NCBI GenBank assembly: GCA_951406725.2
Contig: OX597818.1
Span: 32,178,001-32,242,000 of the forward strand
Reading direction: 5' to 3'
Length of the DNA stretch: 64,000 nt
Source of the DNA: Octopus vulgaris
Taxonomy: Eukaryota
The position numbers were made by a program, and so were the translations under genes. Below, piece by piece: positions 52,750 through 64,000 of this stretch. Position 1 is the first letter of the stretch. Every line of letters begins with the position of its first letter. The notes beneath the pieces are model-generated. The model saw only the letters and a program-made list of their open reading frames with translations. It searched no databases and was not told where the DNA came from.

Positions 52750-52990
52750 TATATATGCACACACATATATATACATCCGCATATATATATATATATATAA
52801 TTTCAACAATTGAGGGTAAAATTAATTAATTATTAATCAATTTCACCAAGTGTTCAGTATGCAAAGGGACCATTTAAGGCGAATTCAAATTATTACATTA
52901 TATAAAAGGGCTTAGTAAAATAAATTACTTTGCCGCATACTGAACTCATTAGAAATAGCAGCTAAAAAACTTTTTTAAGCTATTTCTAAT

Positions 52991-53091
52991 ACTTAAAGAA
53001 AATCTCCTCATATATAGCGTTTGCTTAATTCAACTCACAAAAGTTTTGTGAGTTGAATTAAGCAAACATATATATGAGAGATTTTCTTTAA

Positions 53092-53093
<2 letters not shown>
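52991..53093. repeat. Near-perfect palindrome (~50-bp arms, 1-nt spacer)
   Basis: gtttgcttaattcaactcacaaaa G ttttgtgagttgaattaagcaaac, with extended flanks acttaaagaaaatctc / gagattttctttaagt. Confidence 0.92.
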
Positions 53094-53122
<29 letters not shown>

Positions 53123-53590
53123 GCATACATACATACACACATATATATACACGCACATACATATATACATACATGCATACATACATATTCACTCACAAAA
53201 TTTGTTATATCTGTCTAGTAAGTAGTTCCGAGGTTTCATTTCTAGTTGATTGCTCAGCAATCAACAGACGATAGTCGAATTAGTTACTGAAGTATTTGCT
53301 ACATTTTTATGAAAGTAGCGAGATACTATGATATATATTCGCTGTACTATTGTACTAAGTACATGACATTCGTTGTCTATAAATAGTGTAGATTGTGTTT
53401 TTGCGTATCTATATACCATGAATGTGTATATAAGTATGTATATAACATATTTATGTACATACTGATATATATATGATAACTGTTATATATTAGTGTATAA
53501 TCATGTATCATAAACATTATATCTATATATATAGTATATATTTATTCTGAATATATGTGTTTATATATATATATGTATATTACGTGTATG

Positions 53591-53812
53591 AGACGGCGAG
53601 CTGGCAGAAACGTTAGCACAACAGGCGAAATGCTTTGCAGTATTTCGTCTGTCTTTATGTTCTGAGTTCAAATTCCGTTGAGGTCGACTTTGCCTTTTAT
53701 CCTTTCGGGGTCGATAAATTAAGTACCATTTGCGTATTGGGGTCGATTTAATCGACTGGCCCCCTCCCCCGAAAATTTCGGGCCTTGTGCCTAGAGTAGA
53801 AAAGAAACGAAT
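53591..53812 (+). mobile_element. SINE family A, full length (A2 tail)
   Basis: TSD ATATTACGTGTATG at 53577-53590 and 53815-53828. Confidence 0.9.
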
Positions 53813-53828
53813 AAATATTACGTGTATG

Positions 53829-53867
<39 letters not shown>

Positions 53868-54059
53868 CTCATATATATCTCATATGTATATGGGTATGTA
53901 TATATATCCCTATATATTATATATATATACACATATATATGTACATATATTTATTATATATATGTGTGCATGTGTATGTATATGCATATATATATATATA
54001 TTATATATATACATATGTTTATTATGTATCTATTTATGATATGCATCTTTTATCGCGTA

Positions 54060-54352
54060 CTTATTTTAGTCATTAGGCTGCGATCTAATTTTAGTCGAAC
54101 TAGTCGATACCAGTACTTATTTTTGAATCCTGGTACTTATTACATCGGTTTCCTTTTGTTGAGCCGTTAAGTTACAGAACATAAACACACCAACACACAC
54201 ACACACGCACATTCAGTTTCTGTTTACCAAGTTCTCTAACAAGGCTTTTTCCCGATCCAAGACTATAGTAGAAGATACTTGCCCAAGGTTCCACGCAGTG
54301 GGACTGAACCCGGAACCATGAGGTTGGAAAGCAAAATTCTTACCACACAGCC
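54060..54352 (-). mobile_element. SINE family B, diverged
   Basis: ..cttgcccaaggttccacgcagtgggactgaacccggaacc..ccacacagcc. Confidence 0.8.
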
Positions 54353-54479
54353 ACGATCGCGCCTACTTATTGTATATGTACACGTCTGTATACAGTTTGT
54401 ATATATATTTATGTATGGAATGTGTCTGCATATATATATATATGTAATTTGTATATAGCAAAGATACATTTTACACACA

Positions 54480-54785
54480 CACTGCTATGGAAAACACGGT
54501 CATGTCCGATATCCAACCCAAGTGTAAGGAAGAATTCTGTATGCTGTATCCAGTGTGAACTTATGTCACCGAAAATGTGCCAAAGCGTCACAGCAGCAAA
54601 CGGAGAAGCGATGGAGTACAAACTTATAACTGGCGCGCTGGAGTTCTTAGCTTTAGAATATCCCATGTAATATATTCTTTCAAATATTGGAGTTTGCGTG
54701 TATGTATTTCGTTTTTAGAAGTAATTGATATTTCCTGTTACTTAGGTGACCCAATTAGCTGTTGTAGACAATGTTCCACTGCTAA
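54480..54785 (+). pseudogene. Degenerate RTE-clade LINE fragment with a Cys-rich (PHD-like) segment at the RT C-terminal end
   Basis: SCPISNPSVRKNSVCCIQCEL..HRKC followed by LEVIDISCYLGDPIS, resembling the C..C.KGVG.NSI.C..C..W.H..C ... LEVV..F.YLG pattern of RTE elements. Confidence 0.6.
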
Positions 54786-54970
54786 TTAATAGTACAGCGA
54801 AGAAAATATAAGGAGCTTGGTAAACTATCTTAGCAATATAGCCACCATAAATATTTTTTTTTATCCCGGGTCAAGGGCAAATACATTTTGTGGGTAAGAG
54901 AAAAAAAACCGAGCTGGTATGGACATGGGCTAAGTCCTTAGGATGGTTGCTGAACCAAAAAAAAAAAAAT

Positions 54971-55815
54971 GTGCAATGGCCTAGTGGTTAGGGCAGCGGA
55001 CTCGCGGTTTCGATTCCTAGACCGGGCGTTGTGAGTGTTTATTGAGCGAAAACACTTAAAAAAAACTCCACGAGGCTTCGACAGGGGTAGGTGATCCCTG
55101 CTGTAAAAGAAGAGAACAGCGGTGGTGCCCCAGCATGACCGCGGCCTTCGGGCTAAAACATTTTAAAGGATTTTTAAGGATTTAAAAGAATTTAGAACAA
55201 AAAAAAAAAAAGAAGGTAAATGCTACCTTCTCGAGTCAAGCCGACTCATAAGGGTCGGTTTCACGGTTTCCTTGGCGTATAAATTCCTTATCTGGATGGG
55301 ACGCCAGTCCATCGCAGGATTACTCATTTTTGCCACCCGAGTGGATTGGAGCATCGTGAAATGAAGTGTTTTGCTCAAGAACACAACGCGTCGCCCGGTC
55401 GTGGAATCGAAACCACAACCATACGAACATGAATCCAACACTCTAACCATTAAGACATGCGCCTCCACCCATGTGAGTATGTGGACAAATCTGATTTGGA
55501 GACCATATTATGACGAGGGTGGAGGCACATGGCCTAGTGGCGAGTGCAGCGGACTCGCGGTCGAGGGATCGCGGGTTCGAATCTCAGACCCGGCGATGTG
55601 TGTGTTTATGAGCTAAACACATAAGCTCCGGCAGAAGGTAATGGCGAACTTCTGCTGACTCTTTCGCCACAACTTTCTCTCACTCTTTCCTCCTGCATCT
55701 TGCAGCTCACCTGCGACGGACCGGCGCCCCGTCCAGGTGGGGGAATCCTATACGCCAAGGAAACCGGGAAACCGGCCCTTATGAGCCAGGTGCGACTCGA
55801 GAAGGAACAAAACAA
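54971..55815. mobile_element. Cluster of three family C SINEs (+ 54971-55175, - 55222-55468, + 55519-55815)
   Basis: tRNA-like heads (TGGCCTAGTGG / GGTTCGAATC). The (c)ctgcgatggactggcgtccc.tccag block is present in the last two copies. Confidence 0.85.
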
Positions 55816-56302
55816 TTATCACGAAGAGGGTTAACAAAGATATGCAACAAATGGCTTGAGATCCGGCTAATCGATGAATGCTAAGAGATGTTGGTGATGA
55901 TATATGCATCCAAACGTGTATGTTTGTGTGTGGAAATTATATATGAACTTTTATTTCCACACACACACACACACACATATGAATGTGTGCATATGAACAG
56001 AGCGTTTCGAGCACGGGTCGACCCGGTCGGCCACAGCCGGTTGGTTCCACCGTGACCCATCTATTTGTTCCATGTGATCTCTTTGATCATCGTTGACAAC
56101 GACGGACGAACATTTTACGTGTATGTATGAATGCGCGCACGCGTGCGTGTTTATGCGTAATGTACGTATATTTATGTACACACACACACGCAAAAAAATG
56201 TGCGCGTTTTGACATGTCTAAATGCAAGTAATGTTAACTAAAAACAATTATTTGGTCGGCAGTTGTGTGTAGAGTTTAAGAAACTTTTTAGCGATATAAA
56301 TA

Positions 56303-56690
56303 GGCTGTGTGGTAAGTAGCTTGCTAACCAACCACATGGTTCCGAGTTCAGTCCCACTGCGTGGCATCTTGGACAAGTTTCTTCTGCCATAGCCCCGGGC
56401 CGACCAATGCCTTGTGAGTGGATTTGGTAGACGGAAACTGAAAGAAGCCTGTCGTATATGTATATATATATATATATATATATGTGTAAGTGTGTGTTTG
56501 TGTTTGTCCCCCTAGCATTGCTTGACAACCGATGCTGGTGTGTTTACGTCCCCGTCACTTAGCGGTTCGGCAAAAGAGACCGATAGAATAAGTACTGGGC
56601 TTACAAAGAATAAGTCCCGGGTCGAATTGCTCGACTAAAGGCGGTGCTCCAGCATGGCCGCAGTCAAATGACTGAAACAAGTAAAAGAGT
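56303..56690 (+). mobile_element. SINE family B, near consensus
   Basis: Complete head, internal (TA)n and tail. Confidence 0.93.
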
Positions 56691-57573
56691 ACTGTGACAT
56701 CAGAGATTGTGCGGCAACAACAACTCGACGATCATGGATTATGTTTTTAGAGTAAATGCGACCAGTCGTCCGTCGTTGGCAGTAAAACTTCCAAGTCGCT
56801 GTCACTGTGTATATTTAATACAAAACACTCAGACGTACTCACACACATACACACATACATACATACAGGTCACGCTCACGTTCACATCGATCTTCCAGCT
56901 TTTTAAGTCGTCGTATAAATCCTTAATCTAAAATTGTAGTAGTAATAGTAGTGGTAGTTGTAGTAGTAGTAGTAGTAACTGAATTTCTGTTTAGTTCAAG
57001 GGTGAGGAAGGCACTTTACGTCCGCATAAAACTGTGCGGAAAATGGGGGCATTTACATGTTATGGGCGTAGAAAAAGCCAAAGCCGTGTGGTAGAGAAAT
57101 TATCTTCATAAACCTTGGTTCTGGGTTCGATCCGATTGTACAGACCCTTGGGCAATTTATCTTTCATCTTACGTCTAACAAAACTTTTGAATGAAATTCG
57201 GTAAGCCGTGTGGATGACAAATTATTTTCATAAACCTTGGTTCCGGGTTCGATCCAACAGCACAGCTATTGTACCTCACGTTTATCAAAATTTTCGAATT
57301 AAATTTGGTGGACGAGAACTATATGCAAATGAGCACTGTTTATATATAATTTGTAAATTGGTGCATCGAACAAACGTAACTTATAACATTTAAATACTGT
57401 ACTGTTACCCATTATGCTGACATAAACCTACTAATACATAAAAACTAAGTTCCTGAAAAGTACTGCGTTGATAGAATTCACATTCTTTTTGAATGAGGGT
57501 GCCCCAGCAAGGCTATAATCTAAAACATACTACACACAGCAGACGCACGCACTCACAAACACACACATAGACA

Positions 57574-57604
<31 letters not shown>

Positions 57605-57741
57605 GTGTTTGTGATTTTCTGTGTGTATGTTTATCTATACCTATAAATGTGCGTGCGTGTGCATACATGTGTATTAATGTGTATATATTTACATAAATAT
57701 GATTTATGTTTTTCTATACCTTAGCATGTGTGTGTATGTAT

Positions 57742-58135
57742 AGGCGTGGCTGTGTGGTAAGAAGCTTGCTTCCCAATCACATGATTTTGGGTTCAGTCCC
57801 GCAGCGTGGCACCTTCGTCAAGTATCTGCTATTATAAGTCTCTGGTCGACCAAAGCCCTGTGAGTGGATTTGGTAGGCGGAAACTGAAAGAAGCCCATCG
57901 TATATATATACATATATATATTTATATGCTATGTTTTTGTGTATGTGTGTGTCCCCACCATCACTTGACAGCCGATGTTGGTGTGTTTATGTCCCCGTAA
58001 CTTAGTAGCTCGGCAAAAGAGACCGATAGGATAAGTAGTAGGCTCACAAAGAATAAGTCCTCGGGTCGATTTGTTTGACTAAATTCGGTGCTCCAGCATG
58101 GCCGCAGTCAAACGACTGAAACAAGTGAAAGAATA
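57742..58135 (+). mobile_element. SINE family B
   Basis: Complete head and tail. Confidence 0.92.
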
Positions 58136-58192
58136 TAAGAATACACACACAACACAACACAAGCACTCACACACTTTAGGGGTCTCGCAAAA

Positions 58193-58295
58193 GGCCTGGC
58201 TGGTGGCCCACCCAACCTTCCGAGTACTTTTTATTAGGCTTAGAAAAACTGAAGGACCGCTGCAATAAGTGTGTGAATCTGAAAGGGTTAATATG
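58193..58295 (+). pseudogene. Mariner transposase C-terminal scrap
   Basis: QPSEYFLLGLEKLKDRCNKCVNLKG resembles the mariner C-terminus (FF..G..KL..RW.KC....G.Y). Confidence 0.6.
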
Positions 58296-58297
58296 CT

Positions 58298-58691
58298 ACT
58301 CTTTTACTTGTTTCAGTCATTTGACTGTGGCCATGCTGGAGCACCGCCTTTAATCGAGCAACTCGACCCCGGGACTTATTCTTTTGTAAGCCCTGTACTT
58401 ATTCTATCGGTCTCTTTTGCCGAACCGCTGAGTAACGGGGACATAAACACACCAGCATCGGTTGTCAAGCAATGCTAGGGGACAAACACAGACACACAGA
58501 CACACAAACACACACACGCATATATACATATATATGACGGGCTTCTTTCAGTTTCCGTCTACCAAATTCACTCACAAGGCTTTGGTCGGCCCGAGGCTTA
58601 TAGTAGAAGACACTTGCCCAAGGTGCCACGCAGTGGGACTGAACCCGGAACCATGTGGTTGGTAAACAAGCTACTTACCACACAGCCACTC
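58298..58691 (-). mobile_element. SINE family B, near consensus
   Basis: Reverse complement of 56303-56690. Confidence 0.93.
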
Positions 58692-58939
58692 AATTATAAA
58701 TAACTGTTCCTCCTGTATTTTCTTTTACCCAAAGCCTGGAAATTTTCAACACCCTCTCGTAATATATATATATACACACACACACATTTACTCGCTAATC
58801 TACCATGGAAACCTCTAATCGATTAGTATATTAAAATCCATATTGCATGTGTCAGAGAGAAAGAGAGAGAGAGAGAGGTAGAGAAAGAAAGAATTGGTGC
58901 ACGAACCTTTTCCTCTAAATTGAATGAAACGCACTCGCG

Positions 58940-58970
<31 letters not shown>

Positions 58971-59267
58971 CTACACCCACACAGACACATCTCTCTCTTT
59001 TTTACATATAAACGGACATGTTCTCTTCATACTGTCAACAAGACTGTTTACAACCTGAGAAATCTAAAAACCAGGATAAGAAAGAAGAAAAGAAATCGAA
59101 AAAGAAAAAGAAAAAAAAAATAGATAGAGAAAAAAAATTTAAAGAACCAGATAAAAATAAATATACAAAAAAAAACATGTTCGGGGGATCTCTCTTAAAA
59201 AAAAAAACCTGGTATGGTTCTAAGATTAACCGAAATGTTTTGACATGGACCACCAATGCCAACACCA

Positions 59268-59306
<39 letters not shown>

Positions 59307-59717
59307 GTAATAATAATAATAATAGTAATAATAATAATAATAATAGTAATAATAATACTAATAGTAATAATAATAATAACAATAATAATAGTAATAATAA
59401 TAGTAATAATAATAATAGTAATAATAGTAATAATAAGAATAGTAATAATAGTAATAGTAATAATAATAATAGTAATAACAGTAGTAATAATAATAGTAAT
59501 AATAATGGTAATAATAATAATAATAGTAATAATAATGGTAATAATAATAATAGTAATAATAATAATAGTAATAATAATAGTAATAATAAAAGTAATAATA
59601 ATAATAATAATAGTAATAATAATAATAATAGTAATAATAATAATAATAATAATAGTAATGATAATAATAGTAATGATAATAATAGTAATAATAATAATAG
59701 TAATAATAATAATAGTA

Positions 59718-59760
<43 letters not shown>

Positions 59761-59819
59761 TAGAAATAATAATAATGATAGTAATAACAATAATAATAAT
59801 AATAATGATAATAATAATA

Positions 59820-59850
<31 letters not shown>

Positions 59851-59851
59851 T
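59268..59851 (+). repeat. (AAT/AGT)n trinucleotide expansion
   Basis: ~580 bp of AAT interrupted by AGT/GAT/GGT. Confidence 0.95.
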
Positions 59852-60678
59852 GGCTTTCCCAACAACATCAACAACAAAATAACAACCACGGCAAGGCAAC
59901 AAACATGTGAAACTACAAGCTAACATGTTAGAAAAATCTATTTGTTCGAGTGTCTGTGCCTATGGTGTGTACATGTGTGTGCCTTGCTTGCTCCTTGTAG
60001 TTTATGTTTGTGATATGTTTGTAGAGAAGCTTGCAAGTGTATATATTTGTAAATCTGTGTGTGGATGTGTGTATGTGTGTATGCGCCGATGTGATTTGTG
60101 TTTTGTGTGTTCGTTCGTTGTCTTGTCAGTATCGTCGCCTGATAAAAACTACATGTGCGTGAAATTGAACGGAGGGGGAGAAAGAGAGAGAGAAAGAAAG
60201 ATACATAGGTAGGTGGATAGAGAGAGTTTAGTAAGTACTTAGTGTCCAGTTGTGCCATTTTTAACCATAGAGCTAAGGGAAACGTTTCGGTTAATCGTCG
60301 TTTAACATATCAACTTTTTGCCTGTGTACTATCAGACTACCTACATAGCAACCCAGATACCAGTGCAACCTACCGAACACACCACCACTAAACAGGAATC
60401 TTCTGCTTTAGACTGTCTATCAATCTATACATACGTACGTACATACATACATACACACACACACATATATATATATATACATACATGCATACATATACCA
60501 CACTCAAATATACACGTACATATATGTGTGTGTGTGCATATATATTTTTTTACATTCACATATAAATATGCATCTGTCTGAATTTCTATGAATATATATA
60601 CTCACATGTGTGCGTATGTATATATATATACATATATATATGTATGTACATATATGTATATAAATATATATGTATATG

Positions 60679-60709
<31 letters not shown>

Positions 60710-60818
60710 GTATATATAAATATATATGTATATATATGTATATATGTATATAAATATATATGTATATATATATGTATATATGTATATATGTAAATGTATA
60801 TATGTACATGTATATATG

Positions 60819-60865
<47 letters not shown>

Positions 60866-60924
60866 GCAGACATACATATTTCATTTTTTGTGTGTACATC
60901 TAATTTATCTCCGTGTCTGTCTAT

Positions 60925-60961
<37 letters not shown>

Positions 60962-61097
60962 CGAACACACTCGTTGGTTAAGTACATATCTTGGTATGCC
61001 ATTGACTAGCAACAGTTTTTATTTTTCTGCTTTTTTTTATTATTTCTCTGTCTGTCTCTCTTTTTTTTTTTTATTACTCCCGTCTCACTGTCTACCT

Positions 61098-61140
<43 letters not shown>

Positions 61141-61492
61141 TCTATTTCAAAGATCCATCTATCTTTCTATGTATTTTTATCTATCTATCTACCTGTCGAT
61201 ATGAATTTTAATGAGTGCAGCAAGTTCAGTCCGATTTGTCGTTTATGACGTCTTGTGCCATAAATAAGTGTGATTTAAGAGAAAAATACACAAACAGCAG
61301 CAGCAGCATGAAATAAATAAATAAATAAATAAATAAATAAGACAAAAATTAAAATTGAAAAAAAAAAAAAAATTTCCAAACATCGGGAAATGTAAACTGA
61401 AATTTTTTCTTTCATCAGCATTCATCCGGATGAAAAAAGAATGATCTATTAAGCGTGCGCACTCACGCACACTCATATAGACAAGCAAACTT

Positions 61493-61524
<32 letters not shown>

Positions 61525-61613
61525 AGTCTTTCACTCTGTGTGTGTCTCTCACACACACGCATTCTCACAATACGTCCCTTGTTTCATATCTATCCATCTA
61601 TCTATCTATTTAT

Positions 61614-61652
<39 letters not shown>

Positions 61653-61734
61653 CCTACCTACTTACCTACCTACCTACCCATCTATCTATCTACTTACCTA
61701 CCTACCTACCCCTTTTTTTGTCCTCTTTCTCTCC

Positions 61735-61881
61735 TTTTACGATCCCTTTTGATCGAAACTCCCCCTTCCTTTTTTTCTTTCTTTTTTTTTTTTTTTTTTT
61801 TCTTAAACCTTCAAAAGAAAAGCTCTACCTTGTAATTTGTTCTATCTGTGTGCAGCCCTGTGTGGCTAATAAAGAAACATA
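61735..61881 (+). mobile_element. 3' UTR end of the Tx1/L1-like LINE inside a (TATC)n tract
   Basis: ttttgatcgaaa..aaagct.tac..tgtaatttgt...cagccctgtgtggctaataaagaaacata matches 10221-10340 in reverse. Confidence 0.75.
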
Positions 61882-61954
61882 TCTATCTGTCTATCTATCT
61901 ATCTATCTATCTACCTACCTACCTACCTATCTATCTATCTACTTACCTATCTAC

Positions 61955-62023
<69 letters not shown>

Positions 62024-62056
62024 CTATCTCTCTCTCTATCTATCTATCTATCTACC

Positions 62057-62087
<31 letters not shown>

Positions 62088-62115
62088 GTGCCTACCTACC
62101 TATCTAACTGTCTAT

Positions 62116-62147
<32 letters not shown>

Positions 62148-62770
62148 TTATCTATCTAACTATTTGTCTGTCTCTTTGTGCATCTGTGTATATGCATGTT
62201 TATATGTGAATTATACATAAATGTGTGTGTGTGTGTGTGCCAATCTACTTTGCAATATTTTCTCTCTTATCTAGTATTTCTCGTGCAGTCAAATTTCCAC
62301 TAACCCACCCCATCTCCCTCTCTCACTCTATGTATATATGTATGGTATGCAAGTATTTGTATATCCGTATTATATGAATCTGTACAACGGTTAAGTATAT
62401 AATATATATGTACGCATGTACCTCTGCCCCGCATGCTTTCATAGTCGGGCAAGTCCACGTTTATGCACTGTGAAGTGGAGCAAACCGAGTTCATTTTACA
62501 ATTACTGTTTAAAGTTTACTTTGAAGTATATTTTAGCTTCATCTACACTCGAACCCTTTTAGTTTCCAATGAATTTGTGGTGATAAATCTGCTTCAAAAA
62601 TCTTGTAAAACATCTTAAGTTACCGGCACCTCGGTTATATATACCGGACAGTGTTCAGGTGAAATCAAGTTGAATACTTCCGTCATTTTTCTTCTATATT
62701 TGTGCACAATATACATAATATACGTGTGTGTCACACGTAACTACACATACACACACACAAATATATATAC

Positions 62771-63000
62771 GCTCCCTTTTCTATATTTATTATGTTTGCA
62801 TTATATATAAATGTGTATATATGTGCATGTATGTACATGTATAATACATCAAACCATATACGTATATGTATATATTATATGTATGTATATATGTGTATAT
62901 ATATGTGTACCCATATGGTTTAATGTATATACATGTACACACATGCACATATATACACATTTATATATATTGCAAACATTACAAGTATAGAAAAGTGAGC
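62771..63000. repeat. Imperfect inverted repeat (~90-bp arms)
   Basis: gctccctttt ctata..tgtttgca..aaaccatat pairs with atatggttt..tgcaaaca..tatagaaaagtgagc. Confidence 0.8.
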
Positions 63001-63080
63001 GTATATGTATTATGTTACTGTTAATTTCAATTACTCATATATTTAACTTAATGTGTTATAAATTCGCCATACTGCGTGTT

Positions 63081-63161
<81 letters not shown>

Positions 63162-63561
63162 AAGCATGTGTGTTTATAATTAAATATATATATATATGTT
63201 ATATATATATATATACATACATATATATATATATAATATACATGTATATATATATACATGTATATAAACATATATAATACATACATATGTATATATATTC
63301 ATTTACATGTTTCAGTCATTTGAGTACAGTCATGCTAGAGCACTGCCTTTACATATATATATGTATATATGTATGTATATATATGTACACATTAAGTTGA
63401 CAACATATCACCAATTTATAGTGTTACTACTGTATAAATCTCTGAGAGATTTAGAAAATATATATATATATGTACGTATGCATATATATGTATATAGTTA
63501 ATATATCTATGTGTGATTATATATATATATGTATGTATGTATGTATATATGTATGTATGTA

Positions 63562-63727
<166 letters not shown>

Positions 63728-64000
63728 CATAAGTATATATATATATATATATATATATATACGTACATAAGTATATAGACAGCACAAAATATATATGAGT
63801 GTGTACCAATGGACAGAAATGTAGACTAACTTGTGATAACTGGAGTAACAAAACAAGACCAATTTAAAACACAGACATATTGTCACACGAAATTAAATGA
63901 TAATTAAAATCTTCCCACGAACTCGGAAACGTCAAATTTCAAAATAACGGAATTTGTGATGTTGGTAGGTTGGTTGGTTGGTTGGTCGTCCCGTGTTTCA

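Noticed and set aside
59018-59923. 301-aa Lys-rich/poly-Asn ORF (and the poly-Leu/poly-Ile antisense ORFs)
   Set aside because: Its length comes from an AAT expansion that is stop-free in several frames. There is no domain and no splice evidence. It cannot be fully excluded without RNA data.

Overview
AT-rich, microsatellite-saturated eukaryotic (animal) DNA made up mostly of transposon relics. The SINE families and the (TA)n/(CA)n/(TATC)n/(AAT)n landscape look like octopus or coleoid cephalopod genomic DNA; this is inferred from recalled repeat sequences, not from a search. No intact multi-exon host gene can be assembled, and nearly all long ORFs in the track are microsatellite artefacts. 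Recognisable content: a decayed Helitron Rep/PIF1-helicase, three non-autonomous Helitrons, a 5'-truncated Penelope-like element (RT + GIY-YIG), three near-complete Tc1/mariner elements plus fragments, a hAT MITE, and a TTAGGG-containing MITE. There are also LINE fragments (Tx1/L1-, CR1-, RTE- and R4/Dong-like) and more than 30 copies of three tRNA-derived SINE groups. The most interesting signals are: (i) a dispersed family of Penelope-type terminal repeats carrying minimal hammerhead-ribozyme motifs with covarying helices, one beside a long fold-back palindrome; (ii) two SINE/LINE pairs whose shared 3' tails are both visible in the window, one with a Tx1/L1-like partner; (iii) a MITE flanked by a ~178-bp direct duplication; (iv) a candidate signal-peptide first exon at 46155-46200 with inverted SINE pairs downstream.
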